A stretch of 64,000 bases of DNA from NCBI RefSeq assembly GCF_000143415.4, contig NW_003314297.1, forward strand, positions 744,001-808,000. Reading direction: 5' to 3'. The translations under genes were made by a program, and so were the position numbers. Source of the stretch: Selaginella moellendorffii (Eukaryota > Plantae > Lycopodiophyta). This document shows positions 35,980 to 48,432 of the stretch, piece by piece; the first letter of the stretch is position 1, and each line of letters starts with the position of its first letter. The notes beneath the pieces are model-generated. The model made no database searches. It was given only the letters and a program-made list of their open reading frames with translations, and was not told the DNA's origin.

Positions 35980-37225
35980 CTAAGGCAACAATCCCTTATC
36001 TCGCATATCGGAGACTGTGTCACACAGCATTCGTTCGAGTGGTATGTCGAATTCAGTAATCAGCTCCATGATCTTCTTCTTTCCCATTTCCTCGGGATAC
36101 AAGCCGTATTCACTCAAACCGCTCGTGTCAGCAACGCACCTGGCGTTTCCAGCTTTAATAGGAACCCCGGAAAGGAAATGCTTACTCTTTTGGATATGGA
36201 AGCTGAGGGAACTTGGCCTTGAGAATCTCGATGATTTCCCTGTTGGGCACCAGACTTTCCACGCAGAGATAGCGGCCCGAGGCCTCCTCCTTGTCCATGG
36301 CCTTAATGTGAGCTTTTGAGACGTCTCTCACGTCCACAACTGGGATGGACACATCGGGATAGCTGCTTTGGCTACCTGCAAAACGAGACGTTAACAGGCT
36401 TCCCAAGCAGTGAAAACTTGGCACAAACCATCCACGAGAACCTTCAAGACCTCACTGCTGAAATTCAGCGTTGGCTGGAGCATCGGGCCAAACACGTACG
36501 AGGGGCAGATCGTGATGAGGTCAAGGCCGTACTCCTTGGAGAGACTCCACGCTAGCTTCTCAGACTCCGTCTTGGCTACCACATACCATTGCTTGAAACA
36601 AGAGTTCCAGTGAGTAAAGTCTACCATCGATACAGTTCTTTTACCTTGAGCTTCCTGCAGGCGTCAATGTCGGACCAGCAGCTCTCATCGACAATTCTTT
36701 CCCTAGGCCGATTCGGATCGATCAGAACTGCAGCCATGGACGACGTGACGATGACCCGTTTGATCCTCTCCTGTGCGCAGGCTTTCAAGACGTTGCGAGT
36801 GCCGGTGATTGCTGGCAGCAAAACATCCTGGGACTCAAAAACGAAGTCAGCCTTAACCAGAGGAAAGAAATGAAACAGGACATACAAACTACTTACATCT
36901 GGATTCTCAGGCGATATGGTTACAGGGCAAGCGGTGTGGAACACAACTTCACAGCCCCGAATCGCGTCAGCGATTGAATCGTAGTCAAGAACATCAGCTT
37001 TATGTAGTTTGAGTCTCTCGCTTCCATCCAGTTGCTTTAGATGTCCATACTTGGCGTTATCTGAAAGCCACCATCACTTGACAAACTAAGATAGAACAAA
37101 GATAAGAAAAAAGAACCTGGATCACGGACAGTGCCATGAACCGTACAGCCTTTCTTCAGGAGATCACGAACGATCCACGAGGCAATGAAACCACCAGCTC
37201 CAGTCACGCAAACTACCTTCGCCAT
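35980..37225 (-). CDS. Cinnamoyl-CoA reductase-like / DFR-family NAD(P)H-dependent reductase
   Basis: [13 protein letters not shown]; VFHTACPV; [10 protein letters not shown]; DESCWSD; WYVVAKT (YxxxK); [11 protein letters not shown]; lacks the NWYCY motif of bona fide CCR. Confidence 0.9.
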
Positions 37226-37381
37226 TCGAAGCAATCTTTGAGTTCCTGCAATTCACTCCTTCCTAATTTTAAAAAAAAAAATGCTGCATCGAGGAGACGT
37301 GTTTCCTGCTAAAATTTCAACTGCGCAAGGACTTTCGAGGCGTGTGGGACTCGGCACCTTTTACTTAGGACAAAATTTTGG

Positions 37382-39925
37382 CTATGGAGCAGCGATGGCA
37401 CCCATTACATATTCAAAGGAGGCAGTCCATTCAGCTTTGAAAAGGAGCTCCTTGACCATTCGCATTATGTCCAGAGACATGTCCAACTTACGTTGCCAAC
37501 CCTGAAAAGGAAAGCAAACCAGCTTAGGCACTCTGAATTGGCACAGCGCATATCTGACCTCGAGAATCACTACCGTCACCATTACCGTGCACACCTCACC
37601 ATCGAGGTTGACGCGGTACCTTCTCACTTGCTCAAACAGCTCTGCTATGTAATCACCCATCTTCGAAGTACCTCGTACTGACAAGTACTGCTTGAAGGTA
37701 TTGTCGACATCGCCTATGAAAGCCTGTGACCAAACGGTTCAGTGTGATGTCTTCCCGGCTGAAAACAGCATACCTCTGGATTGGTACACGTTTGATCCTC
37801 TGAAAACTCAAGTGCGCAGCGTGCAACTCGAGCTCCATCTTTATCGGAGAGTGCCTTTCAAGGGACGTTGTCAGATAAGCCATGGAAAAGAAAGAGAAGC
37901 AATAGATACCTTAAACAGTTCCAGAAGAATGTACCGGTTTCGTTGACTTAGCTCGGCTGTCATTCCCACATCTAATAGTATCAATTGAGGAACCTTTTTA
38001 CCCAGCTTTACGAACATATTGCCAGGATGGAGATCACCATGAATGAAATTATCTGACTGCCATACCACGATCGAAATAAGCAGCAATCAGCTTAAAAAGT
38101 TTCCATACCAACAACATCTTCAAAAGTAGACTACTCCCAAGCCTGGCCAACTGAGAATGTAGTTTCGTCCGTGGACCTTCGTCGATAAATTCTTGGATGC
38201 TCCGGCCTTCCTCAAATGTCTGCAAAAATTACCATTTAAAATCGATATAGGAAACCTAAGTTTATCGTAAGTTACCTCAACTAAAACTTCGGGATGCACA
38301 AGTGGATAAATAGGCCGTGGAAAAGAAACATTTCGCCATTGCCGAAAATTGTATATGAACCTCATCAAATGTGCTGCCTCAAGAGTCAAATCTACCTGGG
38401 AAATGAACGAGACTGGTAATTATATATGCGAGAATAACAGCCTCACCTGTTTTGTCATGAACGTCGCGAATTGCTGGACGGTTTTATCTAGCTGCAAGTG
38501 TTCTAACGAAGAAAACTTGGTCGACATTCGGGCTAACCAATTCATTATCACGAAGTCGCGCTGAATAACCGTGCTCACACGCGGATGCCGGACCTTCAAA
38601 AGGACTTGTCAGAGGAGAGCTTCAGAATAGATTGTGTACCTTAACGGCAACTACAAGTGGCTTTTGACCTTTGGTTCTCAAAACCGCTTTGTGCACCTGA
38701 GAAAAAGTCAAGATAACACTAACGAGGAAGCACCAAAGCACGATACCTGTGCTATGCTTCCAGATGCTATTGGTTTCTCAGAGAACTCCTCAAACAGACG
38801 ATCTAAAGGTAAATGGAACGCCTTCTCAATGATTTTACGTGTTTCATAAAACGTATGGGCAGGTGCCTAAAGATATTAACTTGAGAAAAAAGTTGGCGGG
38901 AATGAAACAAACACAAACCTGCGAATGTAGCTTTGATAGCTGCTGGCATATGTCCGCTGGAAACATATCAGGACGAGTGGCGGCCCATTGTCCCCATTTG
39001 ATGAAAGCAGGGCCTAAAAGAAAGCACGATACATAAGCTTAATCCTCAGATAGGCAAAAAGACGTACCAGCATACTCTAAAGTTCTCAAAAGCACATACA
39101 ACCACGCAGCACGCAACCTCGAGTCAGGCTTGTCCGCTGCGAACATCGATAGCACTAACGCTGGAGTGAAGAGAGCAAACAGGTACAGCGTGCGGAAGAA
39201 GAGCAACACTGCTTCAACTGTCTTTGCCATGAAAACGAATCACTTATCAGATCAAGAATACCAACACCTCCGCTCGGGATGAAATTGCAGTACCTTTTGC
39301 CGGAAGGTGGCCTTCTTGAGCTGCAAATCCGTGTGGCTTAAAGACAGACCCGTGGGTGGAGGATGATCATACAGGCTTCCAAAAGGCCACTTCATTCCAC
39401 CATTTGCCTCCTCGGCCATTGCCGCTCCTTTGAAGAGAAAAGGAGCACTCCCGAGTGTAAAAGCCATCCACCTGACAATCATCTGAAGATCCAAAAGAAA
39501 AAAAAAAAACATAAAAATCCAGCTTTGAGTCACGAAAGATCAAGCTCAAACCCCAGAAATGTATGTACCTGACCTTTGTGGTTTCCCAAACCAACAAAAA
39601 GAGCTGGCTTCCAGTAGCAAAACTTGGCTCCCGGCGAGTGGAGAAGAAAGAGGTGCCTTCGTTGCTTCCAGCTCTTCCATGAGTGTATCAAAAACGCCGC
39701 TCGCCTCGCATTGGACACCGTCTCAAGCCTCGCCGCCTTCTCTAGCGCGGCGCTGGCGTGAAATTGGCGAAGGAAAATCGAGGAGAAGGAGCAAAACCTC
39801 CATGTCGACGCGCGAGTGGAGGAGCCATACAGCACCGTCTGGTTCCTTGCTCGCTTGAATCCCGACTTCCCCCCAAAGCAGGCGATGGCGGAGCGATAGA
39901 GCTGGTCTGCTTTCGTCCAGGGCAT
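37382..39925 (-). CDS. ABC1K/UbiB atypical kinase, ADCK2-like (start codon approximate)
   Basis: GPAFIKWGQWAATRPDMFP; ASGSIAQVH; AVKVRHP; DLTLEAAHL; FIHGDLHPGN; LLDVGM; LEGWQRKLD. Confidence 0.88.
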
Positions 39926-40124
39926 CACTAAATCTGCGGGCAGCGTGCGAATTTTCTTCTCTGCGATCAAACCATGAAATCCTCGCTCCCGATTCACGGG
40001 AGATGGGAGAAAACCGCCTTGCCGACCGCGACGAGCACAAACCCTAAAGGAGAACCCTACAAATAAATATCCGTTTATGGTATATTCCGTTTTAAGGCTT
40101 CACATTTTAGGGTTCTTGGCAGGG

Positions 40125-41498
40125 ATGGCGTCACAGAAGAGAGCGCCCGATCCCATTGCTGCCAAGGCTTCGGCGCCATCGCGGCGCTACGGCGCTTGCA
40201 AGCGCAATCACGCGCTGGGCAATGGCGGCTACTTGCTGGATGGCTGCCAGGAATTCGACACCGATTCCGAGACGAGCAAAATCTGCTCGGCCTGTGGCTG
40301 CCATCGCAGTTTCCACACCAAGATTGGGGACAATCCAGGCAGCACGGGCGCAGGATTTTCAGAGGGATTACTGGATCCACCAGCGTCACCAGGAGATAGC
40401 AGGTAAGATCGATGATCGATCGTTCTTGCCTTGAAATATTTCGCCATGGAAGGGAAAATGGAGGAGCAGCGGCCGACACTAGAAACTCCAGCACTAGTTC
40501 CAAGGGGCGGAAGCCATGCCGCTCCAAGCAGCTCCGGGCAAAGGCCTGCCAGATCTGGACGGACTACTTGCGGCCTCTCTCCGCGACCCAGGGCCTCCAC
40601 GGGCGCTTCTGTGACACGAAAGAAGTAAGTCTGCGCTTCTCTTCTTCTAAGCTCTCTCTCCCCCTCCTCGCTCGCTCTCTTCCTTACGACCAATTCTAGA
40701 CTTTGAGCGAGCAAACAAAAGAGCTGTGTTGCAGAGATGCAGCGAGGCGGACATCCACTGTGTATCTCCAAGTGTAGCCAGCTAAAGTGGCCTCCCCACG
40801 TCCCCTTTGCTCATCCCAAGGACATGGCCAGCCGCGAGCTCCAAGCTTTCATCAACGCATACGAGGGCGATTGGCAAGAGCACTGCCTCAGGAACCACGG
40901 CTTCTCGTCGGCCTGCGCACTTCTCCCTCGTCTAAAGAAAGGCAAGCTTTAGCTAGCATAGGAGAAAAAATGGGTGGATTGACAAGCTTCTCTCTTTACA
41001 GACTTGGATCCATGCAAAGTCTCGACCAAAGAACTCCGGCACTGGCTCAAGGAGAAAGGAAAGCCGGTCTTTTGCGTCCATCCTAAAGCCGCGAATCAGT
41101 TCGTCAACATGGGGAAGCTGGCCACTATGATCCTCCGAACTGGTGGAAAATGCAAGGTGCGTCTTAGAAAACAAGCTCTTTCTTGCACTGAAACTTGACG
41201 GGACTTCTCTGCCTTGGGACAGTTTGAGGCCGCGAACGGGTGGGACACGTTTGTGTCTGGCCAGGAGGGGATGAACAAACCGGCACTGCCCGCGGGCGAG
41301 AGAAGGAAGTGTATACGTACCATCAAGAGGCTCTACAACAGATTTATGATGGAGTTCGTCCAGGAAACGCTCAAAGAGATGGGGCTCGAGGACGACGGCG
41401 ACTCGGCAGCGGCAGAAGTGTCCGACGGGGGCGGCAACGACGAGGACGACGATGCCGACGCCGACGCGAGCGAGGCCTTGAATCCCACGCCTCTGTGA
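40125..41498 (+). CDS. ZF-HD zinc-finger domain fused to an unidentified C-terminal region (exons 40125-40402, 40453-40624, 40737-40941, 41002-41156, 41223-41498)
   Basis: YGACKRNHA..GGYLLDGCQEF...CSACGCHRSFH is the ZF-HD dimerisation domain; downstream exons join in phase; no homeodomain (KRFRTKF/WMHNNK) present. Confidence 0.7.
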
Positions 41499-41648
41499 GA
41501 TCCCCGGTTTGATTGATCACAGCAAGGCTGAAGACACAGAATTTACGCACAGGGGTTATACTGGGTAGAAAAGAAAAGAGGAAAGCTACCACGACGGGCA
41601 GAAGTATGTTGGCTGTAGCCAGCAGACTCCTCGGCCAAGTTCGCCGCC

Positions 41649-43725
41649 TCAAAAGTTGGAGCCAAGCAGTGGCTCCCTCTCCGGATCATCGCTCACAGTG
41701 TGAGTTACGCATCTCTGCAACTTTACAATGAAGGTGACCACCGATCCCTTGCCAGGGCCATCGCTCTCGATCCAGATGTGGCCTTCCATGAGATTTACCA
41801 GCCTGGAACTCGAAACCATGGAAAAAGGTTGAGCCCCAGATAATTAATATATACATCACAAACCACCTTTTGGAGATCGGCAGGCCTGTGCCACTGTAAT
41901 GCTTGATGTTCTTGGCGTCGAGAATCATCCCACCCCTGTTGAAGTGCTTGGGTATGTCCTGCGGGAGGAAGCCTTGGCCCGTGTCTCTCACCTGGAAGTT
42001 ATATACGAACGACGTGAGCTAACAAACACACCCGGAAGATCGAAACCGAGAGACTGTGACGCTACCTGTACTCGGATGTAACAATGGTGGTCGTTGCTGC
42101 CATTGACGCCCTTCTCCAGCCTCACGCTCGTACTCACGCTGCCTTCTTTGGTGAACTTGACGGCGTTTCCGGTGATTTGGAGGAGGACTTGGACGAGGCG
42201 ACGATCGTCACCGAGGACGTAGTCGGGAAGATCGGCTGCTAGTGACAGTGACAAGGCCAACTTCTTCACCGAGGCCACAGGCTTGATCTGCTCCATCACC
42301 TGTGAAGGTAGAAGGGACTGAATCACGGTGAGAGAGAAATGCGAACGTACCTCTTCGAAAATGCCGCGGAGCCTGAAAGCTCGCATGTCCAGCACGGTTT
42401 TGTCGTCCTCCAGCCTCGACAGGTCCAGCACGCTGTTGACGAGCTTGGCCAGGAGGGTGCTGTTCCTGAGGATCGTATCGACTAGAGCCCGCTGGTCTTG
42501 AGTCATGTTGGTCTCCTCGAGCCTGTGAGTGAGATCGATGATGGAGTTCATGGGAGTCCGCATCTCCTGGTTCATCACGGCCATGAAGTTGTTCCGGGCA
42601 CGGTCGGCGCTCTCCGCCTCGCGCCGGGCCGTCTCGAGCTCCACGTTCTGCTGCATCAGCAGGTCCCTGGCCTTGATCGAGTCCTCCAGGATGGACGCAT
42701 GGGACATAGCAACAGCAACCTGCGAAAATGGTGGCAAACTCGTTACAAGGCCTTTGCGAGAATGTGACTGAAAGGAACGAGAACCAAACCTGGTCGGCAA
42801 CCGCGTCCACCATGTCCAGCTCGTGAGGTCTCCATCTCCGGGCGCTGTTTGGCGGCAGTACGAGCACCATGAGAGCAAACGGCCGGTGACCGTGAGCCTG
42901 AGACCAGTCCCCTACCCGAAAGTCATTCAGGTGGAGAAACGGGACTCTGACCGCTAGCACCTCTCCTGGAGCGTACCTGCACGATGATCTCGCGGAAGCG
43001 TTGCCAGCGGCCGTGAGTACGTGAATCGCAACCGGGCTGCTCGAGGGGATGACCACGGCCCGGTTGGCTCCAAACACGAGCTTTATGTCGGGGTGGTGGA
43101 CGGGGACGCTGGTCGCCACCGCGTTGGGCGATCGCAGGCTCCGAAACAGCTCCAGCTCCGTGCCACTGCGATTCGGCATCCACAGGCAGCACTCCTCCAG
43201 CCCCAGAGTCTTGCCCAGCTCCACCAGCGTGGTGTTGAGGATGGTGTGCTTGACGAGGCTGTTGCGAATCTCCTTGGTGAGCATCCTCACGTACTTGCCG
43301 GTCTCGGCCTCGGTGCGCATCAGTCCCATCTCCCGGTCCAGCTCGTCGGCCTTGTTCTTGAGGAAGAGCTCGCGGGTCTTGACGCTGAGGAGGTCGGGGA
43401 TGATCTGGACGAGCTTGAGAGCGGTGCCGCAGGAGACGACCGCGGTGAGCGCCTTGGCGACGGTCATGACCCATTCCACGCCGCGCGAGTGCGCCTCCAC
43501 CATCCACAGGCTGATCATGTGTGTGGCGCCGCAGAGGACGATGAAGAGGCCGAAGAGGATGAGCACGCCGCGGTAGGGGAAGATCGAGGACTTGAGCACG
43601 AAGTAGGCGAGCTCGATCGGGATGGAGAAGTAGGCCAGGGCGATGAAGATGTCGGCCACGTATTGGTACCTGATGAGGAGATCCTCGGCCGGCCACAGCG
43701 GGTCAATGCAGTTGCAAGGATCCAT
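41649..43725 (-). CDS. Ethylene receptor, subfamily 1, ERS1-like (no receiver domain)
   Basis: MDPCNCID; [13 protein letters not shown]; FIVLCGATH; GAF domain; [11 protein letters not shown]; GNAVKFT; DTGQG; [10 protein letters not shown]; stop soon after the HATPase domain. Confidence 0.92.
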
Positions 43726-45385
43726 GATCGATCCAGGCGCCGACCGCGATCTGTGCCAAGCAAGGCGCCGGTGTTAGAATCGAAATTTCCTGGGCGAGAG
43801 AAGCATCAAGAATCGCGCATTCGAGCAGCAACAAGCCAAAATCTAGCCCTTTCCTCTCGGCGGATCGATCATACTGCCAGCTATGGATCGCGGACCAGGA
43901 TCAAGAACAGGCGCGGCGATGGAATCCAAACTCTCGGAGGAATGCACACCCGATCGGCAGGGGAACCTCACAAATCGAGAAAATATCAAGAAGAATCCCG
44001 CAGTGCTCTCGCTTCGACGATCCTGGAAGCAAGAAGAGCGCTCACCTGGTAAATTTTCTAGGAATTCATGCCCGGCGCGCGGTGGAGCTAGCTAGAGATT
44101 CCCTCGCTCGCTTCACGAGAAGCGCCAAACTGTTGCCCTAGAGAGGTAGTGATGCTAGAGAGATGATCTAAGAACAAGAGAGAGAGAGAGAGCGTAGAAC
44201 CAGAGCTCACTCAAGGAGGCCAAATACCATAATTACCAGGTACGAAATACGGCCGGGTTAAAAAGTGAAAAGGGGGAAGTGGATAGTGCCCGAGTTTTAT
44301 CCCACATACTTACATACGATTACGATACGAGCGCCTAGGACGGCGTTAAAAGCCACGATTACCACGCCCGGACTGGCGTGGCCTTCTCTCGTGACGCGCT
44401 GGTAAAAAAGAAAGGACTTTCCCGCCTTGCTATGCTTTGTCCGAGACCCCGAGAGAATATCCGGCACGAATGGGGAGCGAATCTCTCTCTCACGAGATCA
44501 CTAAAGTTCTAGGTGATTTTATCTAAAGCCACAATCCCATGTCATGTGCTACGCCGACTAAACTATCATAGTCCAAATCCCCTCTCGTGCCTAAACTTTA
44601 TGTTAGTTTACGAGGACAAGTGTGTAATGGGCTTTGGCTTGATCGAGCCATCGATTATCTTTTCTTAGTTTTCGTTCCCACCGATCAAAGATATCAAGAG
44701 TGATGATGCTGTCGTTCACTTGTCTGGTCTCAAAAGCGCCGCGGAGGTAACCATCACGCAACTTGGATCATTGCGCGACAAATTCTGCGTTTTCTTTAGA
44801 GTAATACGATATTTTATAGATATAATTAAATATACTTAACTTTACGACTTGATTCCTTCAATGTTCTTTTAGACAGAAATCTTGCAATTGGCTTTTCTTT
44901 TGTCATTTGGCCAAATTACCAGCCAAAACTGACATTAACCTCTATTAATCTTTAGGACATAACCGGACTTTCCAATCAAAATGTGACTTCCAGTGGTAAA
45001 CATAACTATAAACACAGGACAGTTCCTCAGCTCAGGTAGAACATTACAAGAGCTAAATCAACTCAAGAGTAAAGATTCTACTGAAATTGCTTAGAGTGAT
45101 AATATATGAAGTGTTTATAGAGCCCAAGTAAGGAGCAAGGACCCTACTTCTACTGCAATACAATGAGTTTCAGAGACATGTGGGATTGATGCAAAAACAT
45201 AACAGCAATGAGGCTAAAGTCCCAACAAAAGAGTGTCAAATGTTTAATGTTTGTGTGAGATTGAAATCTAAACTACCCAAATTCAAAAGTCAAAATTATA
45301 TACAGTGAGAATTTTGTTGGTTTGTGTACAATTGTGTACAGCAACGTTTGAGAAATTTTGTTAGTTTGTGTACAGAAAAATTTGG

Positions 45386-47488
45386 TTACACCGGTAAGAC
45401 CATTTTGTAGTCGCCTTTGAGGAATCTCCACGGTCCACTTGCTGTTCCAAGCCTGGAAAATCATACTAGCTTTAGACAACGCGCGAGTAAATCTACGCTC
45501 GAATTCAACCTTAGAAGCCCGGTGATGAGGCGGAGGCACATAAAAAAGGAGAGGCCAATCCATATGCCCGGCAGCCCCCACCAGAGAGATCCCAGAAAGA
45601 GAGGAACAAGCGACGCAGCTCCAATGCATATCTATCAACACGCGAGATTAGTTTACAGAGCCACTGGAAGTTTGAAATTTGGATAGAGCACATGATCTTA
45701 CTGTTGAGTAGGCAGAGAAGGCAAAGTCGGATCCTCCGAAATATAGACCGTCAACCACAAACGCCAGCGAGTTGATGGGCTGTGTCGCAATCACAAACTG
45801 CCAAGGTCTTGGTTAGTAAAAAAACGAAAAAAAAATTAGTTCTTAGGCTCAAAGCTTTACAGACCGGCAAAACGATGTTCACGATCTCAAGAACTTCGGT
45901 GTCGCGCGTGAACATTCTTAACAGCCACTGTGAGACAAGAAAGAGCAGCAGGCACACAAGGACTCCAAATCCGAATCCTATCTGCAAACCAAATAGAAAA
46001 ATTACGGCCAAAGCCAAAGCAGAGAAAACGTTTAGAAAAAAGCACCTGAAGAACACGATACGCTGCCAGTTTGACCTTGTCGTACTCGGCATTTGCCAAT
46101 CCCTCGGCGACGATGGCCTGGCGAAAAAGAATGAAAACATGACAATGGCTTAGAAAAACATCCAAAGCTTTGAAGAAAAAAAAGAGTTGTGGCAACCTGT
46201 CCCGCAAGAGCCAGAGAATCAGAGAGCAGTGAGGCGGCTAACCAGATCTGGACGCAAATTTGATGCGCTGCCATTGGATTAGCTCCCAGCCGAGCAGCCA
46301 GCGATGTGGCAAAAGTCATCGTCAAGAGCGTTCCAATGGTACGAAGAAGCAGCAAACCTCCTGTCAGAGCAATAGCTTTCAGAGCCTATTTGAACCAAAG
46401 TTTTTGACTCGCTTACCGGATCGAAAAAACCTCCCGAAAAACGACCATCGCAAGCGTAAGGGAAACAGCACGACAGACTGATTCAGCTTGTAGAGGAGTA
46501 CGAGGAGGATGAGATAGCTGCACAGGTACAGACAGAGCATGTTTAATCCACAGTTGCAAGCAACCATTAAAAACACAAAGAAAACAAAGAAAACAATGTA
46601 TTATTCTTACTCGGATATCACGGTCGCTGCTGCCGCTCCATAGACTTTGAGCCGGAGTGTAAACATCAGCACTGGGTCCAACGCAATGTGAACAACGTTT
46701 CCCAACACTGCCAAGAACAGTTTAAGCAAACAATTGGTTTTCAACGACTTTGATCTTGCCTGTGGCATATAGCGGCGTCTTGGTGTCTTTGAAACCACGA
46801 AAACTTCCCTGAATTGCCAAGGACACAACGATGGCTGGTGAGGCGATGGAGCGCAACAAGAGATACTGCTTTGCTGGAACAAACATGTCCGAATGCTGCA
46901 AGATTCCATGCGTTAGTCTGGTGATCAAAAAAGGTGGAAAAACGCTTGGTCTACCGGAGGAACTCCCATGATTTTCAAAACCTGCGACGATCCACCGGCG
47001 AGCAGAGCTGCCTCTGCTAGCCCGAGGATCAGACCCAGAGCGAGCGACGACGATACGGCAGGAAGTTGTACCCGTGGTTGCTGTGGGGGATCTTCATCTG
47101 CGAGTTCTTCTTTCGCATAATTGACAAGAGAGAAAGAAGTCATACCTTTAGCAACGCTAGCTTGCTTCTCCTCGCTGAAGGAGCTTTCCAGAGAGCTGGC
47201 CTTGTCCTCGGCTACAAAGGACGTGGTTATGGTGAGCAGTGGTATGTTGAAAACTTTGGAGACGAGGTTGAAGAGAGAAATGGAGACGCCCACTGCCGCA
47301 AGCTCCACCGATCCTGTCAAGGAGAGATTCACAAGAAAAAGTTAAAGGAAAGAACCAAAAGGATTAAAGGAAATCTTACCAATTCTGCCGATAAACATCG
47401 TGTCCACAAGCGAGGATAGAGGATCTGCGGCTAGAGCAAAGGCCGCGGGCAATGCTATTGCTGCGATCTCCCATAGCAGTCCAACCAT
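45386..47488 (-). CDS. MATE/DTX efflux transporter, FRD3/DTX44-45-like clade
   Basis: ALAADPLSSLVDTMFIGRIGSVELAAVGVSISLFN; QGSFRGFKDTKTPLY; MAAHQICVQIWLAASLLSDSLALAGQ; QPINSLAFVVDG; RLGTASGPW. Confidence 0.92.
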
Positions 47489-47961
47489 TCCCTGGAGTCG
47501 ATCGATCCACTCCAAAATCCTCTCGCTATATCAAGGGGTGGATCAAATCCTCCAGCGATGAGAAATCGTGTTAGCTCCGTCAATCCAAGCGCGACGGATT
47601 ACCATCCCGGCGCATCATCGCGCCCGCGGCATCTAGGGCGGGAAACGAGGGAAATACAAACGCGACCGCTAGGTTCCAAAGATTCGCAAATGGACTAAAA
47701 ATTATACTCTATACTACTTCACAGTGGATAGGGCAAAAATACTGTCTCCTTTTATCCGGAAGTTTCAGTAAAGATAATTTTGTCGTAAAAGGTAGAGGGA
47801 AACAAAATTTTAACCTGTAGTAAGACACGAATAATGGTGCCACTTGTAAAAAGGTGTCCCCACTTTTTCTATCATCTCACCATCTGTCGAATTGGTGTCC
47901 ACAACCAGGAAAAAAGAAAGATCCATGATCTTCTCAAAACTTTTTCTCCAAGCAAAGGGAG

Positions 47962-47963
<2 letters not shown>

Positions 47964-47997
<34 letters not shown>
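47964..47997 (+). repeat. (GA)17 microsatellite
   Basis: Uninterrupted GA run ending at the A of an ATG. Confidence 0.95.
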
Positions 47998-48002
<5 letters not shown>

Positions 48003-48347
48003 GAGGCACAGAGAAGAGCTCCCCTCAAGAAACGCAGCTTCTCGGCGTTCCATAGCCAGCAGCAGGAGCACCACCAGGCCGGCCAGATGCTCCTCCTCCA
48101 CTGCTACATCGAGTGCTGGAACCTCTTGCAAGGGGCCGCCGGAGTGGGACAATCAAAGCTCTTGTCCGACGATGCCCATCGCTGGACGACGACCCTCCAA
48201 CCAGCCAGTGACGAGGACTTCGTCGCTTACCTCGCTCGCTCCAGTGGAATTCGCGACACCAGCGCAATTCGCAGGCTCAGGCAAGCGCTCGACGCCGACG
48301 AAGCGAGCGGCATCTCTCAAGTCGATACAGTTTGCCGGAAGAAGTGA
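47997..48347 (+). CDS. Hypothetical 116-aa protein
   Basis: GC-rich single-exon ORF with GA-rich leader and ATGG context; no recognised family. Confidence 0.45.
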
Positions 48348-48432
48348 AAAGAAAAAAAGAAAGGAGCCTGATCCAAAGAGAGAGTGTGAGTTGTGTAAGC
48401 TCACAAATATAAAACGAAGTGGCAGCTTACGC

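Noticed and set aside
20534-37225. Dirigent + CCR-like reductase as a lignan/phenylpropanoid biosynthetic cluster
   Set aside because: They are 15 kb apart, separated by unrelated genes, and the reductase lacks the CCR NWYCY signature; no evidence of clustering beyond chance
43021-44052. 343-aa plus-strand ORF (and 257-aa alternative minus-strand frame)
   Set aside because: Shadow ORFs of the GC-rich first exon of the ethylene receptor; no motifs of their own
44690-45250. Possible snoRNA cluster (TGATGA motif)
   Set aside because: No convincing paired C/D boxes with terminal stem or rRNA-complementary guide found by eye
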